DNA of 53,373 bases from an uncultured Faecalibacterium sp. (GCA_944387955.1 CALXGY010000133.1:1-53373); one strand, 5' to 3'; counted from the stretch's first letter, positions 38,017 through 47,392 are shown. Numbers and translations: made by a program. The notes: generated from the letters alone by a model not told the origin.

Positions 38017-38196
38017 GAAATTCGCAAAGACCGGAATACTGTACGATTTCCTAAAAGGTTTTTCGTAGGCTTTCACAAAATTTCCATAATTGAATGACAA
38101 GTCATTGACAATTTGGAAAGTTCAGGATATAGTATAGTTACAGAACCAGCGTTGGATAACTGCTTTAAAGATCGAATATGAAAGGAGAAATTTAAA

Positions 38197-38592
38197 ATGA
38201 AGAAAAGACTGTTGTTGCTTGTCCCCTGCATTTTGCTTCTCCTGGGCTTCCTGACTGCCTGCACCGGCGGAACCGTGTCGGGACAGACCGCCGAGCAGAA
38301 GCTTGCCGGCACCACCTGGACGGGAGAGATCGAGGATGAGTCGGACGTCAACGGCTTGATCGACATCGACCTGCCCTTTGATATGGGCAAACTGATTACC
38401 CTGCGGTTTGATTCTGATGGCACCGGTTCGCTGAAGATCCTCAACCAGACCCAGAACTTTACCTGGAATGTCAACGGCAATCAGGTCATCCTGAACTTTG
38501 ACTTCTTTGGCAAGCGCGCCATGAACTTCTATCTGGACGGCGACAAACTGGTCCTGAGAGGTACCGGCATTAACATCAACCTGAGTCATTAA
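38197..38592 (+). CDS. Small lipoprotein, paralogue 3 of 3
   Basis: Lipobox LTAC, motif TLRFDSDGTG...FTW, RBS AAGGAG. Confidence 0.8.
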   Translation: MKKRLLLLVPCILLLLGFLTACTGGTVSGQTAEQKLAGTTWTGEIEDESDVNGLIDIDLPFDMGKLITLRFDSDGTGSLKILNQTQNFTWNVNGNQVILNFDFFGKRAMNFYLDGDKLVLRGTGININLSH

Positions 38593-38732
38593 CAGGGGAG
38601 AAAACCTTTAAAGGATTATCCTGTATAAGCAGCACAAAAAGCCGCCGCGGCCAGGCCGCGGCGGTCTCTTTTTGCGCTGCAAGATACCAGGATACAAAGA
38701 AAAAAGCGATGAACGTTTGTTCATCGCTTTAC

Positions 38733-38809
38733 TGGCGCCTCTTGCCTGACTCGAACAGGCGACACCCTGATTAACAGTCAGGTGCTCTAACCGACTGAGC
38801 TAAAGAGGC
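38733..38809 (-). tRNA. tRNA-Asn (GTT)
   Basis: GCCTCTT acceptor stem, TAGCTCAG D arm, CTGTTAA anticodon loop, GTTCGAG T loop, encoded CCA. Confidence 0.96.
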
Positions 38810-38813
38810 ATAT

Positions 38814-38888
38814 TGGTGACCCGTACCGGAATCGAACCGATGTTAAAGGCGTGAGAGGCCTCTGTCTTAACCGCTTGACCAACGGGCC
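38814..38888 (-). tRNA. tRNA-Glu (CTC)
   Basis: GGCCCGT acceptor stem, anticodon loop CTCTCAC, GGTTCGATTCC, encoded CCA. Confidence 0.96.
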
Positions 38889-38919
38889 ATATGAGACCGG
38901 GTGTTCTCCCGACCATCTC

Positions 38920-38948
38920 ATTATACAGGACGGCGTCCTGTTTGTCAA
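38920..38948 (-). promoter_or_regulatory. Consensus sigma-A promoter of the tRNA pair
   Basis: Minus strand TTGACA-17 nt-TATAAT. Confidence 0.88.
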
Positions 38949-38967
38949 CAGAAAATCTGAAATTTTT

Positions 38968-39612
38968 TTAAAAAAACCGGCGCACCCGGTGCAGCGAGCG
39001 AGTCATCTGGGCATAGGCCGCCCGGCGCAAAAAATAGCTGTACACCGCCATCACCGACATGGGCGGGCAGATCTCCATCTGCTGGCGCTGGGGCAGATCC
39101 TCCAGCATTCCCCGGTACAGGCACTGCAGCTGAGGCAGCCGGGTGTAATCGCTGGGGCGCATCAGGGTGCTGTGCTTGGGCAGATCCAAAGCATGGCTGT
39201 CCTGCAGCACCTGGCTGATGAACTGGGAACAGAAAAAGTGGTGCCGCCGGGGCAGGCGGATGTTCAGCTTGCACAGGATCAGCCCGAAGATGTTGAAGTG
39301 ATACCGGTTGCCGGGGGCGCTCATCTCCTCCGCCATCTCCTTTGCCATCTGATAGGCCTCGTCGGTGACCTGCAGCGCGTACACCGCGCAGGGGATGTTG
39401 GGGCTCTGCCCAAACACCCCGCTGTTCAGAAATTCCCGGCAGGGCCCGGCGGGGAAGAGGGTGTAGCCGTTTTTGCGGGAGGAGCTGTACAGGGTCTCCA
39501 GCCCGTCGTCGAAGGCCAGAGAAACATGGGTGTAGGTATCGTGGGTGACCTGGGAGACCATGCGGGACAAAAAGGTGCCCGACCGGCACAGAAAAATGTA
39601 GATGGTTTTCAT
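38968..39612 (-). CDS. Permuted papain-like NlpC/P60 family protein
   Basis: His before Cys order: YTHVSL ... YHFN ... FFCSQF. Confidence 0.7.
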   Translation of the reverse strand: MKTIYIFLCRSGTFLSRMVSQVTHDTYTHVSLAFDDGLETLYSSSRKNGYTLFPAGPCREFLNSGVFGQSPNIPCAVYALQVTDEAYQMAKEMAEEMSAPGNRYHFNIFGLILCKLNIRLPRRHHFFCSQFISQVLQDSHALDLPKHSTLMRPSDYTRLPQLQCLYRGMLEDLPQRQQMEICPPMSVMAVYSYFLRRAAYAQMTRSLHRVRRFF

Positions 39613-39898
39613 GACCGTTCCTTTTGTATGTAAAACTTCGCACAGAAACCGGACAGGATTCTGTAAAGTGCAATGTAAGCCGCGTCTGAGTATATCATAC
39701 CTGCGGCAAAAAAACCAGAGACATTTTTTGCCGCAAAGCGGGGAAAACCCTGATTTTTTGGCCGCAGAGCGCAATTTTGGACGCTTGAAAACCAGCGAGA
39801 GGGAAGGACCTGGTTTTATTGACAAACCGCAGGCGGATGGGTACAATAAACCTGTTGAAAAACCTGCGATCTTCCGCAATCTGTAAGGAGCGTATCAT

Positions 39899-41368
39899 AT
39901 GCCGAACAATACAGTCCGCACCCGTTTTGCGCCGTCCCCCACAGGCTATATGCATGTGGGCAATCTGCGCACCGCCCTCTATGCCTATCTGATGGCAAAG
40001 CACGAGGATGGCACCTTTATCCTGCGCATCGAGGACACCGACCAGGAGCGCTATGTGGAGGGCGCGGTGGATGTCATCTACAACACCTGCCGGGAGGCAG
40101 GCCTTGTCTGGGACGAGGGCCCGGACATCGGCGGCCCGGTGGGGCCCTATGTCCAGAGCGAGCGCATGGGCATGTTCAAGCAGTATGCCGAGCAGCTGGT
40201 GGCCGAGGGCAAGGCCTACTACTGCTTCTGCACCAACGAGCGGCTGGACGCCCTGCACGCCGAGCAGAAGGCCCGGGGCGAGATGACCCACTACGACGGC
40301 TGCTGCCGGGAGCTGACTCCCGAGCAGGTCAAGGCCCATCTTGAGGCGGGGGACCCCTATGTCATCCGCCAGAAGATCCCCCGCACCGGCGTGACCGGCT
40401 TTGACGATCTGGTCTATGGCCACATCGAGGTGAACAACAGCGAGATGGATGACCAGATCCTCATCAAGAGCGACGGCATGCCCACCTACAACTTCGCCAA
40501 TGTGGTGGACGACCACCTCATGGGCATCACCCATGTGATCCGGGGCAGCGAGTATCTGTCCTCCACCCCCAAGTATAACCTGCTGTACGAGGCTTTCGGT
40601 TGGCCCATCCCGGCCTATATCCACTGCCCCCCGGTGATGAAGGACGCTCAGAACAAGCTGTCCAAGCGCAACGGGGACGCCAGCTATCAGGACCTGGTGG
40701 CCAAGGGCTACCTGACCGAAGCCATCCTCAACTACATCTGCCTGCTGGGCTGGAGCCCCAAGGGTGAGTACGCCGAGCGGGAGATCTTCTCGCTGGAAGA
40801 GCTGGTGAAGATCTGGGAGCCCTCCGGCATCTCCAAATCCCCGGCCATCTTCGACCCGCTGAAGCTGCGGGCCATCAACGCCGAGTATATCCGCGCCCTG
40901 CCCGCCGAGGAGTTCATGCGCCGGGCCGAGCCCTGGATTGATTCGGCGGTGCACCGCCCCATCGACAAGGCGCTGCTCTGCGCAAACCTCCAGCCCCGGT
41001 GCGAGGTGCTGGGGGATATCCCGGCCCAGCTGGATTTCTTCGACGCAGTGCCGGAGTACGATCTGAGCCTCTACGCCAACAAGAAGCAGAAGACCACCCC
41101 CGAGTCCGCGCTGGAGGCCCTGCGGGCCCTGGAGCCGGTGCTGGCCGACGAGGCCCTGGACTTTGCCAGCCGGGATACGGTCTTTGAGGCCTGCCGCGCC
41201 AAGGCTGAGGAGCTGGGCAAAAAGAACGGCTGGCTGCTCTACCCCCTGGGCATCGCCCTCTCCGGCAAGCAGCGCACCCCCGGCGGCGGCGCCGACCTCG
41301 CCTGCATGATGGGCCGGGAGGAGACCCTCGCCCGCCTGCATGCCGCCATCGCCAAGCTGGAAGGCTGA
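39899..41368 (+). CDS. gltX: Glutamyl-tRNA synthetase
   Basis: RFAPSPTGYMHVGN (HIGH-type), LRIEDTD and KLSKR motifs. Confidence 0.97.
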   Translation: MPNNTVRTRFAPSPTGYMHVGNLRTALYAYLMAKHEDGTFILRIEDTDQERYVEGAVDVIYNTCREAGLVWDEGPDIGGPVGPYVQSERMGMFKQYAEQLVAEGKAYYCFCTNERLDALHAEQKARGEMTHYDGCCRELTPEQVKAHLEAGDPYVIRQKIPRTGVTGFDDLVYGHIEVNNSEMDDQILIKSDGMPTYNFANVVDDHLMGITHVIRGSEYLSSTPKYNLLYEAFGWPIPAYIHCPPVMKDAQNKLSKRNGDASYQDLVAKGYLTEAILNYICLLGWSPKGEYAEREIFSLEELVKIWEPSGISKSPAIFDPLKLRAINAEYIRALPAEEFMRRAEPWIDSAVHRPIDKALLCANLQPRCEVLGDIPAQLDFFDAVPEYDLSLYANKKQKTTPESALEALRALEPVLADEALDFASRDTVFEACRAKAEELGKKNGWLLYPLGIALSGKQRTPGGGADLACMMGREETLARLHAAIAKLEG

Positions 41369-41395
41369 GAAACCTTTTTATAAAGATGAGATAAA

Positions 41396-41838
41396 AAGGG
41401 CTGCTGCAAAATAGGATCGCACTCTGTCGATAAAATTTTCGATTTGGCCCCATTGAAATTCTAGATCTCTCAGAACTGTGAAAAACGCTGTTCCCAATCG
41501 GTTAAAACCGGGGAACAGCGTTTTTTGCGTAATAGGATCTACGGCTCTTCCAAGAAGCAGCCGTCTACCGTCCGACTTCCCTCTCTGAGGCAACGATCTC
41601 GACCGCTCCCTGCGGGAGATGAAGGGAGAGATTGTTGGGGCCGCCGTCTGAATTTTCAAGGGCCGCCCAAGGCCCGCCGAAAATTCAGGCAACGGCAACC
41701 CGGGAAGTGCCGCGCAGCGGCGAAAGGAGTTCGGCAAGATGCTGCTATCCGAACTCCCCCAGTCACTTCGTGACAGCCCCCTCGGGGAGGGGGCTCGCAA
41801 AGAGGGTGCAAACCATAAGGCATTTCGCAGCACCCCTT
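41396..41838 (+). mobile_element. Non-autonomous TIR element (MITE-like), composite repeat copy 3
   Basis: Ends AAGGGCTGCTGCAAAAT / ATTTCGCAGCACCCCTT form a 15 of 17 inverted match. Interior is homologous to copies 1 and 2. Confidence 0.78.
41590..41702 (+). repeat. 113-bp structured module nested in repeat copy 3
   Basis: Near-identical to 17529-17641. Interrupts CTGAG|GGAAG, which is intact at 5505-5514. Confidence 0.88.
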
Positions 41839-42089
41839 CCTGTTTTTGCATGGAAGGGCGGGAAATGGGCGGAAATGCTTTCTCCCGCCGCAAAACCGCC
41901 GCCCGGGTCTCTTTGCCGCTGTTTTGAGCGCAGCGCGGGGCTTTTTTGTGCCTTGGAAAACCTTTTATCTCTTTGGGCGGGATGGTGGGAGTTCTGCGTC
42001 CCACGGCAAAAAGCGCGCTTTGGCCCTGTTAGAGTATATGCACAGGGCGGAACCAACAGAACACCCCGCCCAAGAAAGAGGGATCAGTT

Positions 42090-44360
42090 ATGCAGAAAAC
42101 ACAGATGGAACTCTACGCGCCCCGTCCTTTGGCCGCGCCGCTGCAGCGATGGGCGACGCTGGGGCCGGTGCTGCGCCGGGGTGCGGCGCTGGCGGTGGGG
42201 TTTGCCGGGGGCTGGGCCGAGATGTACGGCGCACTGACCCCCTTTGGCCTGGGGCTGACCCTTGGGGCCGGGGAGGACTGCTTTGCCGCCTGCGCGGTGG
42301 GGGCGGTGCTGGCCGTGCTGGCCCGGGGGCAGGGGGTGCGGGCAGTCTGCCTGGTCTGTGCCATCGGGGCGGCGGTGGTGGCCCGCTGGCTCTGGCCCCG
42401 GCAGCTGGGCCCGGCGGCTCTGGCCGGCGGGGGAACTTTGGCGGCCGCGGCCCTCTGCTTTGGCGGATACCTGGGAGCCTCGGGGGTGGAACAGTGTTTC
42501 GCGGATGCGCTGCTGGCGTCCGCCATAGCCCTGGCCCTGCGCCGCTGGCCCCCGGAGCAGGCGGGCGCGGGCCGCCTGCTGGTTGCCGCCGGGGTGTCCT
42601 GTGCGCTGGGCATGGTGCGGCTGGGGCCTTTCTCGCTGGGGGTGGCGGTGCTGGCCGGGGTGGAGCTGGTGCTCTGCTGCCGGGGCCGGACAAAGGAGGC
42701 GCTGCAATGTGCGGCGGCCTGCGGGGCGGCCCTCTGCGCAGCGGACCCGGAGCTGGCGCTGGCGGCGGCGGGCCTTGGGTGCGGTACTGCGGCGGCGGCC
42801 TTCCTCTCCCGGGGGGACAAGCTGCTCTGCCTTGCGGCCTACGGCGGGGGCTGCCTGACCGGCGCCCTCTGCGTCCAACCACCCGGACAGTCCTTTGGAT
42901 ACTTAGGGGCGGTGGGAGCTGCCGCGGCGGTCTTTGGGCTGCTGCCCCGGCGGTGGCTGCTCTGGGATGAGAGCCTGCGCACCGACCCCACCGAGCACGC
43001 CGACCGCCCCCAGCTCTCGGCGGCGGCCACCCGGCTGGGAGCGGTGGCCGAGAGCCTTTCCTCCCTGGCCCAGACCGTGAACCAGGTCTACGAGGCGCTG
43101 CCCCGCCGGTGCGACAGCTTCCGCTGGGTCATCGACAATACCCACGACACCCTCTGCGCCAACTGTGGCCGGCGGGAGGAGTGCTGGCAGCAGGAGTACG
43201 CGGTGACCCTCTCGGGGATGGAGGCGCTGCGGCCGCTGCTGGAGCAAAAACAGAACCTTCAGCCCCAGGACCTGCCGGGCCAGCTCTCCCGCTGCATCCA
43301 CCCGGCGGCCCTGGCCGGGGCCGCCACCCGTTCCTTTGCCCTCTACCGCAGCCGCCAGGAGGCCCACGTCCACGCCGAGGCCATGCGCTCGGCCCTCACC
43401 GAACAGTATGGGGCGGTGGCCCAGGCGCTGGAACTGCTGGGGCAGCAGCTGGGCTCTCCCGGCCAGGCCGAACCCTACAAATCCGGCCGGGTGGCCGCCT
43501 TCTTCTCCTCTCTGGGCACCCCGCCGCTGGAGTGCGCGGTGACCCTGGATGACCTGGGCCGCACCCGGGCCGCCGTCACCCTGCCCCGGGTGCGGTTCAC
43601 CCAGGCCGAATTGAACGCCCTGGCCCAGGAGGTGGGCCGGATCTGCCGCCGCAGCCTCGACCCGCCCCAGAAGCTCAGCTGCAAGGGGATGACCACCCTG
43701 ATCTTCACCGAAAAACCCCGGCTGCGGGCGGTCTTTGGCTGGGCCGGTGCGGCGGCGGTGGGGGAGGTGTCGGGGGATGCGGTGCAGCAGTTTTGCAGCC
43801 CCGCCGCCGCCCAGATGATCCTCTGCGACGGCATGGGCACCGGCCGCCCTGCCGCTGTGGACGGCAACCTCGCCGCCGAGCTCACCGCCCGATTGCTGAA
43901 AGCCGGATTCACCGCCGAGCTGGCCGCCCGGCTGGTGAATGTGGCCCTGGCCCTCAAGAGCGAGGAGGAGAGCGGCGCCACCTTAGACCTTTTGAGCGTG
44001 GATCTCTACACCGGCTCGGCCCGGATCTTCAAGGCCGGGGCGGCCCCCGGGTTTGTAGTACATGGGGGCAAAGCCCGGGCGGTGGGCGGCCCCAGCCTGC
44101 CGGTGGGGGTGGTGGGCGCAGTCTCCGGCCAGAGCCGGGTGGTGCAGCTGGCCGAGGGAGATCTGGCGGTGCTGGTGTCGGACGGCCTGCTGGTGGACGG
44201 CAGCGGCTGGGTGCTCCAGCAGCTGGAACTCTCGGCAGCATCGGGGGACGCCCCGGAGAAGATCGCCCAGACCCTGGTGGAGACTGCCCGCCTCCGGGCC
44301 GAAAAGACCGGCCGCCCCGATGACATCACCGCCGCCGTGCTGCGGCTGGAACTCTGTTAG
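42090..44360 (+). CDS. spoIIE: Stage II sporulation protein E-like PP2C phosphatase
   Basis: N-terminal TM region with PFG motif, Cys cluster CANC..REECW, and PP2C motifs SGD, CDGMGTG, ATLDL, SDG, DDIT. Confidence 0.85.
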   Translation: MQKTQMELYAPRPLAAPLQRWATLGPVLRRGAALAVGFAGGWAEMYGALTPFGLGLTLGAGEDCFAACAVGAVLAVLARGQGVRAVCLVCAIGAAVVARWLWPRQLGPAALAGGGTLAAAALCFGGYLGASGVEQCFADALLASAIALALRRWPPEQAGAGRLLVAAGVSCALGMVRLGPFSLGVAVLAGVELVLCCRGRTKEALQCAAACGAALCAADPELALAAAGLGCGTAAAAFLSRGDKLLCLAAYGGGCLTGALCVQPPGQSFGYLGAVGAAAAVFGLLPRRWLLWDESLRTDPTEHADRPQLSAAATRLGAVAESLSSLAQTVNQVYEALPRRCDSFRWVIDNTHDTLCANCGRREECWQQEYAVTLSGMEALRPLLEQKQNLQPQDLPGQLSRCIHPAALAGAATRSFALYRSRQEAHVHAEAMRSALTEQYGAVAQALELLGQQLGSPGQAEPYKSGRVAAFFSSLGTPPLECAVTLDDLGRTRAAVTLPRVRFTQAELNALAQEVGRICRRSLDPPQKLSCKGMTTLIFTEKPRLRAVFGWAGAAAVGEVSGDAVQQFCSPAAAQMILCDGMGTGRPAAVDGNLAAELTARLLKAGFTAELAARLVNVALALKSEEESGATLDLLSVDLYTGSARIFKAGAAPGFVVHGGKARAVGGPSLPVGVVGAVSGQSRVVQLAEGDLAVLVSDGLLVDGSGWVLQQLELSAASGDAPEKIAQTLVETARLRAEKTGRPDDITAAVLRLELC

Positions 44361-44417
44361 GAAAGGAGGCCTTTTCCCGGAAAATAGCTTGATCCCCGCG
44401 TTTTGGAAAGGAGGCGT

Positions 44418-44446
44418 TTGCAATTTCGGGCCCGGCGGGCTATACT
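44418..44446 (+). promoter_or_regulatory. Sigma-A promoter upstream of the small membrane protein
   Basis: TTGCAA-17 nt-TATACT. Confidence 0.65.
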
Positions 44447-44609
44447 GAAAGAAAGGCGCGATTCGGCCGTAGAGCGCCCTGCCCGGGATTTCCCGGGGAA
44501 ATCGGCCCGCCCCGCTCCTTTGGCGAAAAAGCTCTGTTTTTGGAGCGGCAGAGATTCAACAAAACGGAATGACTTCCTGAAATATTGCGTTCAGGAGAAA
44601 GGAACAAGG

Positions 44610-44765
44610 ATGAAAAATCTCCCCAACGGGATAAAATGGCTCATCGTTCTGGGGGTGCTGGCCCTGATGGTGGTTTTGGCCTGGAAGGTCAACGACCGCG
44701 CCTCCCGGGTCGAGATGCCCCAGCCGGACAACACCTTCGGCATCTACCGCTCCGCCGAGGAGTAA
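44610..44765 (+). CDS. 51-aa single-pass membrane protein, unknown function
   Basis: MKNLPNGIKWLIVLGVLALMVVLAWKVNDRASRVEMPQPDNTFGIYRSAEE, RBS AAAGGA, GC-rich third positions in the 3' part. Confidence 0.7.
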   Translation: MKNLPNGIKWLIVLGVLALMVVLAWKVNDRASRVEMPQPDNTFGIYRSAEE

Positions 44766-44781
44766 TTTCCCGCCTTTGCGG

Positions 44782-45014
44782 TTTGCCTGCTCAGTCTCCA
44801 CCCTCCGGAGCGGGCAAATTTAAAACGAACCCCGGGACGAAACACGTTAAGAAAAAATCTCCTTTTGATTTTTTTAGTGTTTCGTCCCGGGGTTCTTCCT
44901 TATATTGGTCCAGGGCTAGCCCTGGTCGTTTGTGGGGTGGGTATGGAGTCCCTAGAGGAGGTAGGGAGGGGGAATCGAAACCCCCGCCCTCCTCCTCTAG
45001 GTCTGCGAAGCAGA
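44782..45014. other. Dense cluster of five inverted repeats between convergent genes
   Basis: Hairpins at 44782-44818, 44827-44895, 44910-44925, 44951-45001 and 45002-45014. Confidence 0.7.
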
Positions 45015-45120
45015 TGGCTTACAGCCTAAAACATAGAAGATGCAAGAAGGATAAACTTATACCTTCCGGAAATATGGCCTAAAATAGCATTTATGGTCTG
45101 GCCTGTAATATCTCCTTGAA

Positions 45121-46656
45121 TTATTCCCCTTCGGAATTTTCCTTCGGCGGCGGGGAAAGAATGAACCAGAAGGTGCTGCCCTTGCCCAGCTCGCTCTCCA
45201 CCCCGTAGGGGTAGCCGTGCTGCTGGAAGATTGCCCGGGTGATGGACAGCCCCAGCCCGGTTCCGGTCTTGCCGGAGTCCGAGCGGGAGCGGTAATACCG
45301 GTCGAAGATATAGGGCAGGTCTGCCTTCGGGATGCCGGGGCCGTGGTCCTCCACCTCCACCCGGCCGCCTCCGCCGGGCTGGGGGAGCACCCGCAGCACA
45401 AAGACCCCGTCCGGGCCGATGTGGTGCATGGCGTTGCCCAGGAGGTTGTGCAGCGCCCGCTCCATCATGGCCGGGTCGGCAAAGACCTCCACCGCCTGGT
45501 CCGGCATCTCCAGCCGCAGTTCCCAGCCGTTCTGGGCGCAGACCGCCTCATACCGCTCGCTGACCTCGTCGCAGAGCAGGCAGAAATCAAACTGCACCCG
45601 CTCGCACTTCTCCGCGCCGCTGGAGACCTTGGTCAGCTCCATGACGCTGGAGACCAGGGCGGTGAGCCGGTCGGCCTCGTCGATGATGATGTTCATCTGC
45701 TCATCCCGGCTGGCCTTGTCCTCGCCGGTGATGTCCCGCACCGTCTCGGCATAGCCCTTGATGAGGGTCAGGGGGGTGCGCAGATCGTGGGACACGTTGG
45801 CCAAAAGGTCCCGCTGCATCTGGGCAGCCCTCTGCACCTCCTGGGCCATGTGGTCGAACTCCCGGGCCAGAGCGCCCAGCTCGTCGGGGCGGGAGCTGTC
45901 CACGTGGATATCGTAATTTCCCTCGGCCACCTGGCGGGCGGCGGCGCCCAGACGGCGCAGCGGCCGGGTGAACCACTGGCTGAACAATCCCGCAGCTGCC
46001 ACCGCAAAGAAAAAGACCAGGGCCGACACCCCCGGCAACAGGCTGCTGAACACCTGCCCAGCCTCGGCCACATGCACCCGGCTGCCCACCACCAGCACCG
46101 TATAAAGGCCGTCGTTGGTCAGCCGTCCCACCACCACCTGGGCGGTGCCGGTCTGGGTCTCCAGGATCTGGCTCAGCTGGCCCTCTTCCCGGCAGGCCCG
46201 GCGCATCTCCTGCACCGTCTGGGTGTTGCGGGAGACGTTGCCCGCCCCCATGGCCCCCGCCAGGGTGCTGTTGTGCAGAAGACAGGGGTAGAGGGTCTCG
46301 GAATAAAACAGGGTGTTCTGGCCCGCGTCCGCGATCTCGACGCAGAAGTTGTTCAGGTCGGTGTCGCTCTCCAGCAGGGCCAAAAGCTGCACACGCAGGG
46401 TATCGGTGACCATGGGTTCCCCCATGCGGTAGTCCACCAGGGGCTGGCCGTCGGCGGCGGTCCGGTCCAGCAGCTCCACCAGCGCGTCCGCCGCCGAGGA
46501 CAGCTGCCCGCTGATCCGGCGGTTGTACAGCGGCTCCAGCAGCTGGGTGGACAAGAACCAGAACAGCCCCGCCAGCAGCAGGCTGATGAAACACAAAAAG
46601 AGCATCAGCTGTGCGCGGATGCCCGGTGTGTGCTTTAATTTCAGGGGGGCCTTCAC
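45121..46656 (-). CDS. Membrane sensor histidine kinase (HAMP, HisKA, HATPase)
   Basis: Two TMs, HAMP DELGAL, H-box SHDLRTPL, NLLGNA, DHGPGI and GTGLGLSI motifs. Confidence 0.95.
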   Translation of the reverse strand: MKAPLKLKHTPGIRAQLMLFLCFISLLLAGLFWFLSTQLLEPLYNRRISGQLSSAADALVELLDRTAADGQPLVDYRMGEPMVTDTLRVQLLALLESDTDLNNFCVEIADAGQNTLFYSETLYPCLLHNSTLAGAMGAGNVSRNTQTVQEMRRACREEGQLSQILETQTGTAQVVVGRLTNDGLYTVLVVGSRVHVAEAGQVFSSLLPGVSALVFFFAVAAAGLFSQWFTRPLRRLGAAARQVAEGNYDIHVDSSRPDELGALAREFDHMAQEVQRAAQMQRDLLANVSHDLRTPLTLIKGYAETVRDITGEDKASRDEQMNIIIDEADRLTALVSSVMELTKVSSGAEKCERVQFDFCLLCDEVSERYEAVCAQNGWELRLEMPDQAVEVFADPAMMERALHNLLGNAMHHIGPDGVFVLRVLPQPGGGGRVEVEDHGPGIPKADLPYIFDRYYRSRSDSGKTGTGLGLSITRAIFQQHGYPYGVESELGKGSTFWFILSPPPKENSEGE

Positions 46657-46662
46657 CGGCCC

Positions 46663-47352
46663 TTACCCGCGGCGGGGATCGGGGTCAAACTTGTACCCGA
46701 TGCCCCAGACCGTGGCAATGTAGCTGCGGCAGCTGCCCAGATGGCCCCGCAGCATCTTGACGTGGGTGTCCACGGTGCGGTCCTCGCCGAAGTAGTCGTA
46801 GTTCCACACCTTCTGCAGGATCTTCTCCCGGCTCAGGGCAAGGCCCTTGTTGGAGGCCAAAAAGACCAGCAGGTCGAACTCCTTGGGGGTCAGGCTGATT
46901 TCCTCCCCGGAGACCCGCACGCTGTGGCTGGCGGTGTCGATGGACAGCTCCCCGAAGGTCATAACGCTGGAGGTGTTTTCCGGCCGGGGCATGGTGCGGT
47001 TCAGCACCGCCCGCACCCGGGCCACCAGCTCCCGGGGGGAGAAGGGCTTGACCACATAGTCATCGGCGCCGCCCTCCAGGCCCGCCAGCTTGTCGTATTC
47101 CTCGCCCCGGGCGGTCAGGATGATGACCGGCACATTGATGCGGCGGTCCCGCATCTCCTTCAGGCAGGTCATGCCGTCCATAAAGGGCATCATCAGGTCG
47201 AGAATCACCAGATCGAAGCCGCCCTCTGCCAGCTGGGTCAGAGCGGCGGCGCCGTCCCCCGCCTCCTCGCACTGGAAGCCGGCGTACTGCAGATGCTCCC
47301 GGATCAGTTCCCGGATGCGCGGCTCGTCGTCTACAATCAAGATCTTTGCCAT
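46663..47352 (-). CDS. OmpR/PhoB-family response regulator
   Basis: ILIVDDE, LDLMMP, DDYVVKPF, LTPKEFDLL, RTVDTHVK and TVWGIGY motifs. Confidence 0.96.
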   Translation of the reverse strand: MAKILIVDDEPRIRELIREHLQYAGFQCEEAGDGAAALTQLAEGGFDLVILDLMMPFMDGMTCLKEMRDRRINVPVIILTARGEEYDKLAGLEGGADDYVVKPFSPRELVARVRAVLNRTMPRPENTSSVMTFGELSIDTASHSVRVSGEEISLTPKEFDLLVFLASNKGLALSREKILQKVWNYDYFGEDRTVDTHVKMLRGHLGSCRSYIATVWGIGYKFDPDPRRG

Positions 47353-47392
47353 GGGGTTGGGTCCTCCGTTTCCTTGGTTGGGTACCTTTATG

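Noticed and set aside
36750-38733. Integrative element at the tRNA-Asn 3' end
   Set aside because: No integrase, and I found no duplicated tRNA 3' end (att site) near thrS.
45121-47352. Assigning the two-component pair as PhoPR
   Set aside because: It is far from the pst operon, and OmpR-family motifs alone do not give specificity.
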